In this document: in pieces, positions 21,305 through 32,766 of the stretch
Layout: each line of letters starts with the position of its first letter
Position numbering within the stretch: position 1 is the stretch's first letter
Source of the DNA: Tubiluchus corallicola
Lineage: Eukaryota > Animalia > Priapulida
Reading direction: 5' to 3'
Assembly: GCA_030141605.1 (NCBI GenBank)
Contig: JAQGDQ010001582.1
Location: 1-33,914, forward strand
Length of the DNA stretch: 33,914 nt
Program-made: the position numbers and the translations under genes
The notes under the pieces: model-generated
Seen by the model: only the letters and a program-made list of their open reading frames with translations
Told to the model about the DNA's origin: nothing
Databases searched by the model: none

Positions 21305-21971
21305 ACTCACCTGCTTCAATTATGACGACCTAGTATTATTGGTTACACGACAGCCTAGCTAGTTCCGAAGACGTCACTCAACAAAGGCTACCATCACGCC
21401 TAACCAAAACAACCCGACGCTTGGAACTGCACGGTCGTGTACTTCATCGTCCATATATTACCATTTCAAAGATTTCGCCTATTCCGCGTGGCACCTTAAC
21501 CATTGTATATGACTTGCAACGAGAGAAGTTAAGAATCACTTATTTACGACTTCAATTCGACGCCAGTTTACAGTAATTGAGCCACACTTTCCACGCAGCA
21601 AGGCACGCAGTTCAAAGACATAGCAGGAATACATGGCTTCGTGTTATGCTTTCAGAAAACATGGGTTAAAACACGAAACTGGCTTCTCTAGCTGCCATTC
21701 ACATCTTGTAAAAACAAAGCAGCCACCCACGAATGCACTGTTCGAGAGTTTTGCAAGGAAGCTGTTTCGACACGTGTGGCAGGCACACTTAACTCGACGT
21801 TTTTGCACCGGAAATCAACACCCGGAGAATACTCGGTTTCCGGGATGAGTGTAGTTTCAGGCTCTGTGCCAAACAAGGAAGTGCTGCGTTGGCACTTTTC
21901 CCGTAGATGTGAACAGTCGAAAAACAATTGACTGAGCAGCTGTCACAGCGAGTATACATACTCACGTTACA

Positions 21972-22480
21972 CCCAAGCAAACAGACAGACAGACACACAA
22001 GCAAGCAACAGACAGATAAACAATCACACAAGCAAGCAGACAATCACACAAGCAAGCAAACAAGCAAATACACAAACAAACAAACAGACAGACAATCATG
22101 CAAGCAAGCAAGCAAACAAATAAACAGACAGACAGACAATCACACAAGCAAGCAACAGACAGACAAACAATTACACAAGCAAGCAAACAAGCAAACAAAC
22201 AAACAAACAGACAGACAATCACACAAGCCGGCAAACAACAAACAAACAAACAGACAACGACACACAATCAAACAAGCAAACAAACAAACAGACAACGGCA
22301 CACAAGCAAGCAAGCAATCAAACAGACAATCACACAAGCAAACAAGCAAACAAACAAATAGACAGCGACACACAAGCAAGCAAGCAAACAAACAGACAAT
22401 CACACAATCAAGCAAGCAAGCAAACAAACAAACAGGCAACAACACACAAGCAAGCAAGCAAGCAAATTAACAAACAAGCT
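21972..22480. repeat. Complex CAAA/CAAG/CAGA low-complexity repeat
   Basis: Directly visible. Confidence 0.92.
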
Positions 22481-22586
22481 GCTTGGGTTCTATAAAACAT
22501 ATAAACTAAGCGTCGTAGAGAAAAGACACATTCATTGAACTCATAAAATTTGCTGAAAACTATTCAGACATTTTAGGACAAAAACT

Positions 22587-23063
22587 GAAGAAGCAAGGAG
22601 GGAAATCTTCTAAAAACAAACATCGTAATGTAACGTTTTGATACAGACAGAAGCAAGGAGGGAAATCTTCTAAAAACAAACATCGTAATATAACGTTTAA
22701 CACAGACAGAAGCAAGGAGGGAAATCTTCTAAAAACAAACATCGTAATGTAACGTTTAACACAGACAGAAGCAAGGAGGGAAATCTTCTAAAAACAAACA
22801 TCGTAATGTATCGTTTAACACAGACAGAAGCAAGGAGGGAAATCTTCTAAAAAACAAACATCGTAATGTAACGTTTAACACAGACAGAAGCAAGGAGGGA
22901 AACCTTCTAAAAACAAACATCGTAATGTATCGTTTAACACAGACAGAAGCAAGGAGGGAAATCTTCTAAAAACAAACATCGTAATGTAACGTTTAACACA
23001 GACAGAAGCAAGGAGGGAAATCTTCTAAATACAAACATCGTAATGCAGCGTTTAACATAGACG
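22587..23063. repeat. 59-60-bp minisatellite, 8 copies
   Basis: Unit GAAGCAAGGAGGGAAATCTTCTAAAAACAAACATCGTAATGTAACGTTTAACACAGACA. Confidence 0.97.
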
Positions 23064-23375
23064 CAACTACAATGGACCATCTTCCGTGATATTACAGGCT
23101 ATCAATTAAAATTATGATGTCTAACACAAGCAAACACATAAACAGACAAACCAGAAGTAAACAGGCAAGCAAACAAACAACAAACAATCACACAACCAAG
23201 CAACTGAGCAAACAAACACATATACATACAAGCAAACAAACACAAAATGAACACACAAACAAATTTAAACAAAAGAACCGACTAGAAACATAAACAATCC
23301 AGTAAACAAACAAAAAAAAACAAAAACAAGAAACGTTAGCTTTATTTGAAATAGCAATACTATCCGTAAGGATGA

Positions 23376-23430
23376 AAAAAATGTGGATGACGGGATTCGA
23401 ACTTGGGATCCCTGCATGACGTAAACACTC
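23376..23430 (-). other. tRNA-like 3' half / Pol III B-box fragment (duplicated at 24237-24291), probably a tRNA-SINE remnant
   Basis: Minus strand CATGCAGGGATCCCAAGTTCGAATCCCGTCATCCACATTTTTT has a GTTCGAATCC B box followed by oligo-T; no complete cloverleaf. Confidence 0.5.
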
Positions 23431-23830
23431 AGGCAAAAATCAGCGAAGCGTGAAGCGAAATACTCTTGCCGGTTGAAAACTCAAACACTATCGTCTACGA
23501 TAAGTACCCGCGTTGACTTTTTATCTAACACTGTAGCTGCAGCAGTGATTATTCATAACTGGGCTTCATGGCTTCATAGATAATTACATGGCTTTGTGAG
23601 AGAAACCAGCCCGCATGTTTGCAAAGATGATAACAAATTTGAAAACTATCAAACCAACGCCGGCGGGGATTTGCCTAAATTAAAAATCACGTGTCGACGA
23701 AATTAAATTACAGGCGACAAATACTAGTCAACCCTGTTTAGATCAACGTGGGAGATAAAGTTCCCAACTTACGATTCGTTTTTTTATTTTCATTTTAACT
23801 GTGTTTTTCAATCTAAAACGCCAAGTTTTA

Positions 23831-24085
23831 TAGTATGGTATAGTATAGTGTAGTGTAGTGTAGTGTAGTGTAGTGTAGTGTAGTGTAGTGTAGTGTAGTG
23901 TAGTGTAGTGTAGTGTAGTATAGTATAGTATAGTATAGTATAGTATAGTATAGTATAGTATAGTATAGTATAGTATAGTATAGTATAGCATAGCATAGCA
24001 TAGCATAGCATAGCATAGCATAGCATAGCATAGCATAGCATAGCATAGCACAGCACAGCACAGCACAGCACAGCACAGCACAGCA
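23831..24085. repeat. Compound pentanucleotide array (TAGTG)n(TAGTA)n(TAGCA)n(CAGCA)n
   Basis: Directly visible. Confidence 0.97.
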
Positions 24086-24691
24086 GAGTACACAAAACAA
24101 ACACAAAATGAACACACAAACAAATTTAAACAAAAGAACCGACTAGAAACATAAACAATCCAGTAAACAAACAAAAAAAAACAAAAACAAGAAACGTTAG
24201 CTTTATTTGAAATAGCAATACTATCCGTAAGGATGAAAAAAATGTGGATGACGGGATTCGAACTTGGGATCCCTGCATGACGTAAACACTCAGGCAAAAA
24301 TCAGCGAAGCGTGAAGCGAAATACTCTTGCCGGTTGAAAACTCAAACACTATCGTCTACGATAAGTACCCGCGTTGACTTTTTATCTAACACTGTAGCTG
24401 CAGCAGTGATTATTCATAACTGGGCTTCATGGCTTCATAGATAATTACATGGCTTTGTGAGAGAAACCAGCCCGCATGTTTGCAAAGATGATAACAAATT
24501 TGAAAACTATCAAACCAACGCCGGCGGGGATTTGCCTAAATTAAAAATCACGTGTCGACGAAATTAAATTACAGGCGACAAATACTAGTCAACCCTGTTT
24601 AGATCAACGTGGGAGATAAAGTTCCCAACTTACGATTCGTTTTTTTATTTTCATTTTAACTGTGTTTTTCAATCTAAAACGCCAAGTTTTA

Positions 24692-25478
24692 TAGTATGGT
24701 ATAGTATAGTGTAGTGTAGTGTAGTGTAGTGTAGTGTAGTGTAGTGTAGTGTAGTGTAGTGTAGTGTAGTGTAGTGTAGTGTAGTGTAGTGTAGTGTAGT
24801 GTAGTGTAGTATAGTGTAGTATAGTATAGTATAGTATAGTATAGTATAGTATAGTATAGTATAGTATAGTATAGTATAGTATAGTATAGCATGCATATAG
24901 TATAGCATAGTATAGCATAGCATAGCATAGCATAGCATAGCAGCACATAGCATAGCATAGCATAGCATAGTAGCACAGCACAGAAGTAGAGTAGAGTAGA
25001 GTAGAGTAGAGTAGAGTAGAGTAGAGTAGAGTAGAGTAGAGTAGAGTAGAGTAGAGTAGAGTAGAGTAGAGTAGAGTAGAGTAGAGTAGAGTAGAGTAGA
25101 GTAGAGTAGAGTAGAGTAGAGTAGAGTAGAGTAGAGTAGAGTAGAGTAGAGTAGAGAGTAGAGTAGAGTAGAGTAGAGTAGAGTAGAGTAGAGTAGAGTA
25201 GAGTAGAGTAGAGTAGAGTAGAGTAGAGTAGAGTAGAGTAGAGTAGAGTAGAGTAGAGTAGAGTAGAGTAGAGTAGAGTAGAGAAGAGTAGAGTAGAGTA
25301 GAGTAGAGTAGAGTAGAGTAGAGTAGAGTAGAGTAGAGTAGAGTAGAGTAGAGTAGAGTAGAGTAGAGTAGAGTAGAGTAGAGTAGAGTAGAGTAGAGTA
25401 GAGTAGAGTAGAGTAGAGTAGAGTAGAGTAGAGTAGAGTAGAGTAGAGTAGAGTAGAGTAGAGTAGAGTAGAGAGTAG
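24692..25478. repeat. Compound pentanucleotide array (TAGTG)n(TAGTA)n(TAGCA)n(CAGCA)n followed by ~490 bp of (GAGTA)n
   Basis: Directly visible. Confidence 0.97.
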
Positions 25479-25551
25479 CTTATGATACATTCATAGCTTA
25501 TGACAAATTTCATTTAAAATAATCATTAGAATTGCTATAAATTACACTTAA

Positions 25552-26054
25552 TTGTTGGCATTCTACTGTCTCAGAAGACAATGGAGTGTGCCCCAAGAGA
25601 GTCAGTTATTGATCACATTGATGGAGCTGCAGTGTCGACTGTGGCTGAGCAGTGCGATCCTTGAACGTCTCCAGGGCACACGCCTGGGCAAGGTGTATGG
25701 AGATCCTGCGTTGCTCAGACAACAGGAACCCCCTCTCTTCCTCCCTGCTGTAGTCCAAAGGAAAGCAGAGCGATACGTTTGGCACCAGGTTGGCTGCAGG
25801 AGCTGCCGAAGTCAGTGAGCATGCTGCACTGGTCCGCCTTCGGGGCTCCACTCCTGATTTAGAAGGTTTACTCCTCTACACATGGCTGTTGGGTCACTTG
25901 ACCTCCTCCGCCCTCTAGCTGTTGGCTGCTTGTGCAGCTCCTCCGCCTAGTGTCGAGATACAGTGTGGGCATCCCGCAAGCCTACAGCACCTAGTATTCC
26001 TAGGCAGTCACCCCTCCACGTACTAACCAGGCTCTATGTTGCTTAACTTCGGTG
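25552..26054 (-). mobile_element. 5S rRNA-headed SINE with RTE-like body and tail, copy 2 (5S head 5'-truncated, 25978-26054)
   Basis: Reverse complement begins CACCGAAGTTAAGCAAC...GCTGTAGGCTT, joins the body at the same point as copy 1 and ends ...CACTCCATTGTCTTCTGAGACAGTAGAATGCCAACAA. Confidence 0.88.
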
Positions 26055-26055
26055 T

Positions 26056-26113
26056 ATGGACTCTCTTGGCGCACACTCCATTGTCTTCCGAGACAGAAGG
26101 ATGCCAACAACAA
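26056..26113 (+). mobile_element. Isolated RTE-like 3' tail on the opposite strand, abutting the truncated 5S head
   Basis: ATGGACTCTCTTGGCGCACACTCCATTGTCTTCCGAGACAGAAGGATGCCAACAACAA; inverted match to 25552-25603. Confidence 0.85.
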
Positions 26114-26999
26114 GGTTTATTGAATACTTATGTGGTAGATTTATTCTTACAATGCTTACTGTTAATGTTGTTCTTCGTTATGTAGACTTAAACTAATTAT
26201 TTACCTGTTGTGTTCTTTTCTGCTTCTCCTGTGTTAAGTGAATTTTTTTTATATTTCTCTGCAATTTCTTCCATTAGAACCTGCCTTATTTTGACACGTT
26301 AAATTCTAATCTATTGGTTTATAGTTTCAGTTTGTGCCTTTGTATCATTAATATTCTTCACTTTACCCTTTTCAGGCTTCATTTATAATTTGATAATGGC
26401 TTCAACAGCCAAAACGATAGTCTCTCAGTAAACATGTTATGTATAATAATTGAAGAAAGTTGTGGCGGCTCATAGCTAAAATCAGTGAGGGCGCTGCTTT
26501 AGAAAATTTTAGACATTGTTTTACTACTGTGTAAAATGAAACAAACATATGTAATGTAGTTATGTTTGAAGATCAGGTGTTGAACGGCCTCTTTTCTTAA
26601 CTGCAACTTTCTCATGGAGAGACAACTGTTGTAGTCCACTTACAGTCTCAGAATGCATTTCTTGGGGATGCAAGGGGTCCATTATTAAATAATTTTTGTT
26701 TTAAGCACACGCGCTAAGTTTACACTTTATCATACCCAAATGACGATACATGGTAACCACGTATCAATTGTTGCTGTGATAGAGACAGTACTTTTCTACC
26801 TAGCAGCAGACGCTAGCGTGCAGCGTGTTATCTCAGACACGTGCGCATGGCCGCATGCGTACAACAGCCAAACACCACGTTGCTTGGCCTGTGAAGCAAA
26901 TTGTACTTCCCTCACGTGGTCTGGTTCCGCACAAGTTTAAAAAAGAACTAAAGAAAAAAAATTATTATATTGAATATTATCGATAATAATGAGTGAAAA

Positions 27000-29812
27000 C
27001 AGGGGGTGCTGCAGTACCACAGTAGTATACACGAGCCGCTACTGATCATAACCTACAGGGGGTGCTGCAGTACCACATTACCTATACACGAGCCGCCACT
27101 GATCATAACGTACAGGGGGTGCTGCAGTACCACAGTACCTATACACGAGCCGCCACTGATCATAACGTACAGGGGGTGCTGCAGTACCACATTACCTATA
27201 CACGAGCCGCCACTGTTTGTAATGTACAGGGGGTGCTGCAGTACCACATTACCTATACACGAGCCGCCACTGTTTGTAATGTACAGGGGGTGCTGCAGTA
27301 CCACAGTACCTATACACAAGCCGCCACTGTTTGTAATGTACAGGGGGTGCTGCAGTACCACATTACCTATACACGAGCCGCCACTGTTTGTAATGTACAG
27401 GGGGTGCTGCAGTACCACATTACCTATACACGAGCCGCCACTGTTTGTAATGTACAGGGGGTGCTGCAGTACCACAGTACCTATACACGAGCCGCCACTG
27501 CTTGTAATGTACAGGGGGTGCTGCAGTACCACAGTACCTATACACGAACCACCACTGATCGTAACTTACAGGGGGTGCTGCAGTACCACATTACCTATAC
27601 ACGAGCCGCCACTGATCGTAACGTACAGGGGGTGCTGCAGTACCACAGCACCTATACACGAACCACCACTGATCGTAACGTACAGGGGGTGCTGCAGTAC
27701 CACAGTACCTATACACGAGCCACCACTGATCGTAACGTACAGGGGGTGCTGCAGTTCCACATTACCTATACACGAGCCGCCACTGATCGTAACGTACAGG
27801 GGGTGCTGCAGTACCACATTACCTGTACACGAGCTGCCACTGATCGTAACGTACAGGGGGTGCTGCAGTTCCACAGTAGTATACACGAGCCGCCACTGAT
27901 CATAACCTACAGGGGGTGCTGCAGTACCACAGTAGTATACACGAGCCGCCACTGATCATAACCTACAGGGGGTGCTGCAGTACCACAGTACCTATACACG
28001 AGCCGCCACTGATCGTAACGTACAGGGGGTGCTGCAGTTCTACACAGTACCTATACACGAGCCACCACTGATCGTAATGTACAGGGGGTGCTGCAGTTCC
28101 ACAGTAGTATACACGAACCGCTACTGATCATAACCTACAGGGGGTGCTGCAGTACCACAGTAGTATACACGAGCCGCCACTGATCATAACCTACAGGGGG
28201 TGCTGCAGTACCACAGTACCTATACACGAGCCGCCACTGATCATAACGTACAGGGGGCGCTGCAGTACCACAGTACCTATACACGAGCCACCACTGATCA
28301 TAACCTACAGGGGGCGCTGCAGTACCACAGTAGTATACACGAGCCGCTACTGATCATAACCTACAGGGGGTGCTGCAGTTCCACAGTAGTATACACGAAC
28401 CGCTACTGATCATAACCTACAGGGGGTGCTGCAGTACCACAGTAGTATACACGAACCACCACTGATCATAACCTACAGGGGGTGCTGCAGTACCACAGTA
28501 GTATACACGAGCCACCACTGATCATAACGTACAGGGGGCGCTGCAGTACTACAGTACCTATACACGAGCCGCTACTGATCATAACCTACAGGGGGTGCTG
28601 CAGTACCACAGTAGTATACACGAGCCGCCACTGATCATAACGTACAGGGGGCGCTGCAGTACCTATACACGAGCCACCACTGATCATAACGTACAGGGGG
28701 CGCTGCAGTACCACAGTAGTATACACGAGCCGCCACTGATCATAACGTACAGGGGGCGCTGCAGTACCTATACACGAGCCGCTACTGATCATAACCTACA
28801 GGGGGTGCTGCAGTACCACAGTAGTATACACGAGCCGCCACTGATCATAACCTACAGGGGGTGCTGCAGTACCTATACACGAGCCGCTACTGATCGTAAT
28901 GTACAGGGGGTGCTGCAGTTCCACAGTAGTATACACGAACCGCTACTGATCATAACCTACAGGGGGTGCTGAAGTACCACAGTACTATACACGAGCCGCC
29001 ACTGATCATAACGTACAGGGGGCTGCAGTACCAACACCCACAAACACCAACACAACACACCCCACACAAACACTACCTATACACGACCCACTGATCTAAC
29101 TACAGGGGGTGCTGCAGTACCACAGTACTATACACGAGCCGCCACTGATCATAACCTACAGGGGGTGCTGCAGTTCCACAGTACCTATACACGAGCCGCC
29201 ACTGATCATAACCTACAGGGGGTGCTGCAGTCCACAGTATATACACGAGCCGCCACTGATCATAACCTACAGGGGGTGCTGCAGTACCACAGTAGTATAC
29301 ACGAGCCGCCACTGATCATAACCTACAGGGGGTGCTGCAGTACCACAGTAGTATACACGAGCCGCTACTGATCATAACCTACAGGGGGTGCTGCAGTACC
29401 ACAGTACCTATACACGAGCCGCCACTGATCATAACCTACAGGGGGTGCTGCAGTACCACAGTACCTATACACGAGCCGCTACTGATCATAACCTACAGGG
29501 GGTGCTGCAGTACCACAGTAGTATACACGAGCCGCTACTGATCATAACCTACAGGGGGTGCTGCAGTACCACAGTACCTATACACGAGCCGCTACTGATC
29601 ATAACCTACAGGGGGTGCTGCAGTACCACAGTAGTATACACGAGCCGCTACTGATCATAACCTACAGGGGGTGCTGCAGTACCACAGTAGTATACACGAG
29701 CCGCTACTGATCATAACGTACAGGGGGTGCTGCAGTACCACAGTACCTATACACAAGCTGCCACAGATTTTAACCTACAGGGGGCGCTGCAGTACCACAG
29801 TACCTATATACA
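27000..29812. repeat. 56-57-bp GC-rich minisatellite, ~50 copies
   Basis: Unit CAGGGGG(T/C)GCTGCAGTACCACAGTA(G/CC)TATACACGAGCCGCCACTGATCATAAC(C/G)TA. Confidence 0.99.
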
Positions 29813-30295
29813 GTGTTTACAATTATTAAAGAAAGTGGCTGGTAGAATATGAAACATACTGAGTTACTCGTAATGCTCACAACTTTGGGAGGCTTCAGAC
29901 AAAAAATCAGAAGTAAGATGAAGCCATCCATTACTCAAGGCGGAGATGCTTACAGCAGGGTTTACGGGATTACGCGAACTAATTGCATAAATATAGTCAA
30001 TTACGCCAGGCTGATTTAATAGATTAAATACCCAGTTGGTTTGCTGAAGATGAGGAAAGTTTGGTCGTTGTTTATGGAAACGACTTCGTGGACGGAGAGG
30101 GTTTTGTTGTTAGAAAATGTTGAGGTAATTACTGTAGAATAAATATAGGGGTTCTCTAGAGGCAAAATACTAGCCAGTGTGTGTGCGCATGTGCTGAGAA
30201 GATTCAGAATTGAGAATGACGAAGTTGGGATTCGAATATCGAGGTTTAGCACGATGGATATTGCATTAAGTAGTAAGATCGGTAGGCTGTGACTG

Positions 30296-30299
30296 AGAA

Positions 30300-30334
<35 letters not shown>

Positions 30335-30380
30335 AGAGGGGGGAGAGGGAGGAGAGGTGAGGGTAAGGGAGGGGAGGGAA
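30296..30380. repeat. (GA)n / G-rich purine tract
   Basis: Directly visible. Confidence 0.9.
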
Positions 30381-30394
30381 TACGCTAGTGGAAG

Positions 30395-30712
30395 AATGTT
30401 TTTGCTGTTGAAAATTATGTTAGTTTGTGACGAAATGCACACGTTCTACAACTTATACGTGAGTAGAGTGGTAAATTTTAAATTTGAATTTTTATCTTGA
30501 AACCAATTTTCACTTTCGCAAACACGTGCAACACACTCGTTAAATATTTTTGATGTTGAAAATTATGTTCGTTTGTGATGTCATCAACAGTTGGGCTCGC
30601 CCGCCTTTGATTAAGTTTTTAATATATAATTTAATTATCAGAAACGGGTTTGCAGTATTAATTGTGTTGAAATGTATATTTTTATCAGATTTGAAAATGG
30701 GGTAGTATATGA
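30395..30712 (-). mobile_element. Third, truncated copy of the Kolobok-like family
   Basis: Reverse complement matches ~11385-11720 (CCCCATTTTCAAATC, GCGGGCGAGCCCAACT, GTGTTGCACGTGTTTGCGAAAG, AAGATAAAAATTCAAATTT). Confidence 0.8.
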
Positions 30713-31350
30713 TACATATAGTTGATTCTAGCATGAGTCGTTTATTAATGAATACTTGATTAAGAGACAGCCTACATAATAACTTAAATACAATTATACG
30801 TACAATACAATAATACAATTATTACAAAATTATTATTATTACAATTATTACAGTTATAATACAATTTGTGTAGTATTACGGTTATTACAGCAGTACATAT
30901 AGTTGATTCTAGCATAAGTTGTTTATTAATGAATACTTGATTAAGAGACAGTCTACGTAATAACTTAAATGCAATTATACGTACAATAACATAATAGAAT
31001 TATTACAAATTTATTTTAATTACAATAATTACAGTTATAATACAATTAGTGTAGTATTACAGTTATTACAGCAGTACATATAGTTGATTCTAGCATGAGT
31101 TGTTTATTAATGAGTACTTGATTGAGAGACAGTCTACATAATAACTTAAAATACAATTATACGAACAATACAATAATAGAATTATTACAAATTTATTATT
31201 ATTACAATATTACAGTTATAATACAATTAGTGTAGTATTACAGTTATTACAGCAATACATATAGTTGATTCTAGCATGAGTTGTTTATTAATGAGTACTT
31301 GATTGAGAGACAGCCTACATAATAACTAAAAATACAATTATACGTACAAT
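30713..31350 (+). repeat. ~181-bp AT-rich satellite, ~3.5 units
   Basis: CATATAGTTGATTCTAGCAT recurs at 30715, 30896, 31077 and 31258. Confidence 0.96.
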
Positions 31351-31919
31351 CAGCTAACAAAACGTTTAGTGGACTTTATGTAGTTCTGCAACAATTTGAA
31401 GAGATATCACGTGACTAAACAGCCAGTTGAAACAGCAAAGGAGGTACTCAAAGATGGGGAAGGTACTATGGATCCTGTCTTTCTTTAAACGAACGAGGGT
31501 AAACCTTGTGGTTAGAACAGTCTTAAAAAGTGGGTTATTGGGGATTTCGTTGTTCTAAATGCACAGCTTGATTGAGTTTTAAAACGTTTGCGGGTCTATG
31601 CTCTTTGGTAAAGCGGTATTTGGTTTCTTTTACGCCACTTCAATGATCGATGTTCAACAGCATTTACATGTTGCAAAACAGATGGCCAAACCAAAAATAA
31701 GCAGCCAACACTTCCCCGGAGATGTTTGGGGGTCAGTTTACGACTGTGTGAAAACGCTTATTTCAATGCCACAACAATTCAACAAACACGGTGGGTCAGC
31801 AAACTAAGTGGGGGTGAGAGTTTTTTCAGAAGTGAATGGAGTGAGTCAAACATTACTGTTGTGGCCAATGTGCCCCTTTTAGGTGACAAATATTTTTGTC
31901 ATTAGTAACTGGTAATTAA

Positions 31920-32320
31920 AGCACAAGAAAACATCCTTCATAAATTCGTCATGGAGTTTTAGACCGCTGCCTTGTTGTATACAGAGCTTGCGTTAACAGT
32001 AACGTTGTATAAAACTTATAAATCAAATTTAGGCGGGAAGACATTTTAACGGCAAGTTGTTTGCTAACATAATCACGGCATTCGTAGCACACATTTCACT
32101 AGCTAGTGTATTAGCCTGTAGGACAATATGGACCTGAGTAAAGTACTGTACAGATACAGCACGAGCAGTGCAGCATAATCGCGTGAGTTTAAAATTACAA
32201 ACGTTTTGTGCAGCGTTACGACCGACGCAAGTCCTGCATGCAAAAAGGCAGTATGTAAGTGATGTAAAATTTCAATCCAAATTCTTTAAGCTTTGTGTAA
32301 GTGGAGGGTTTTCTTGTGCT
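31920..32320. mobile_element. 401-bp MITE with TTAA target-site duplication, nested in the foldback spacer (Kolobok-like)
   Basis: TTAA|AGCACAAGAAAAC (31916-31932) and GTTTTCTTGTGCT|TTAA (32308-32324) are perfect reverse complements. Confidence 0.72.
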
Positions 32321-32766
32321 TTAAAACTGTATATTCCAGTCTGGAAGCCTGCGATAACTGTAACTGGTGACATTATTCGTTGTCTGAAAAGCATCAAATG
32401 CACTAAATCTTGGCGTGGAGCGTCTGCATAGAGTGCAACTGCAGTAGCCATGTTTTTAACAATACCTGATGCCTAATGCTTTCAGGAAACGTTTACATAC
32501 CCAGACAAAGGCAACTGTAACAGGAATTATTACGGTATCGTAGACGTTACCGTTCAAACTTGTCTGAACATGTGAACGAATTTCACAGTGGATGTTCTAA
32601 TAGGCAATTATAAGGGAAGTGCAGATTAAACATTTCCAAGTGAAGCCACAGCATCTTCCCCATCTTTGAGTACCTCCTTTGCTGTTTCAACTAGCTGTTT
32701 AGTCACGTGATATCTCTTTAAATTGTTGCAGAACTACATAAAGTCCACTAAACGTTTTGTTAGCTG

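Larger units (their letters stand above)
23234..24985. repeat. Tandem duplication with 861-bp offset (units start at 23234 and 24095)
   Basis: About 600 bp of non-repetitive sequence appears identical in the two units; identical ORF translations are offset by 861 bp (23436/24297 and 23743/24604). Confidence 0.96.

Noticed and set aside
23376-23430. tRNA gene
   Set aside because: Only a T-arm/B-box-like half is recognisable; no A box or full cloverleaf.
23831-25478. Interstitial telomeric repeat
   Set aside because: The pentamers are not TTAGGG or TTAGG and change stepwise like slippage-derived microsatellites.
27006-29654. Multiple repeat-protein ORFs
   Set aside because: Units alternate between 56 and 57 bp, so the frame constantly shifts.
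31463-32654. Transposase or helicase gene in the foldback spacer
   Set aside because: The frames I translated, with and without the nested MITE, have frequent stops and no motif I recognise.
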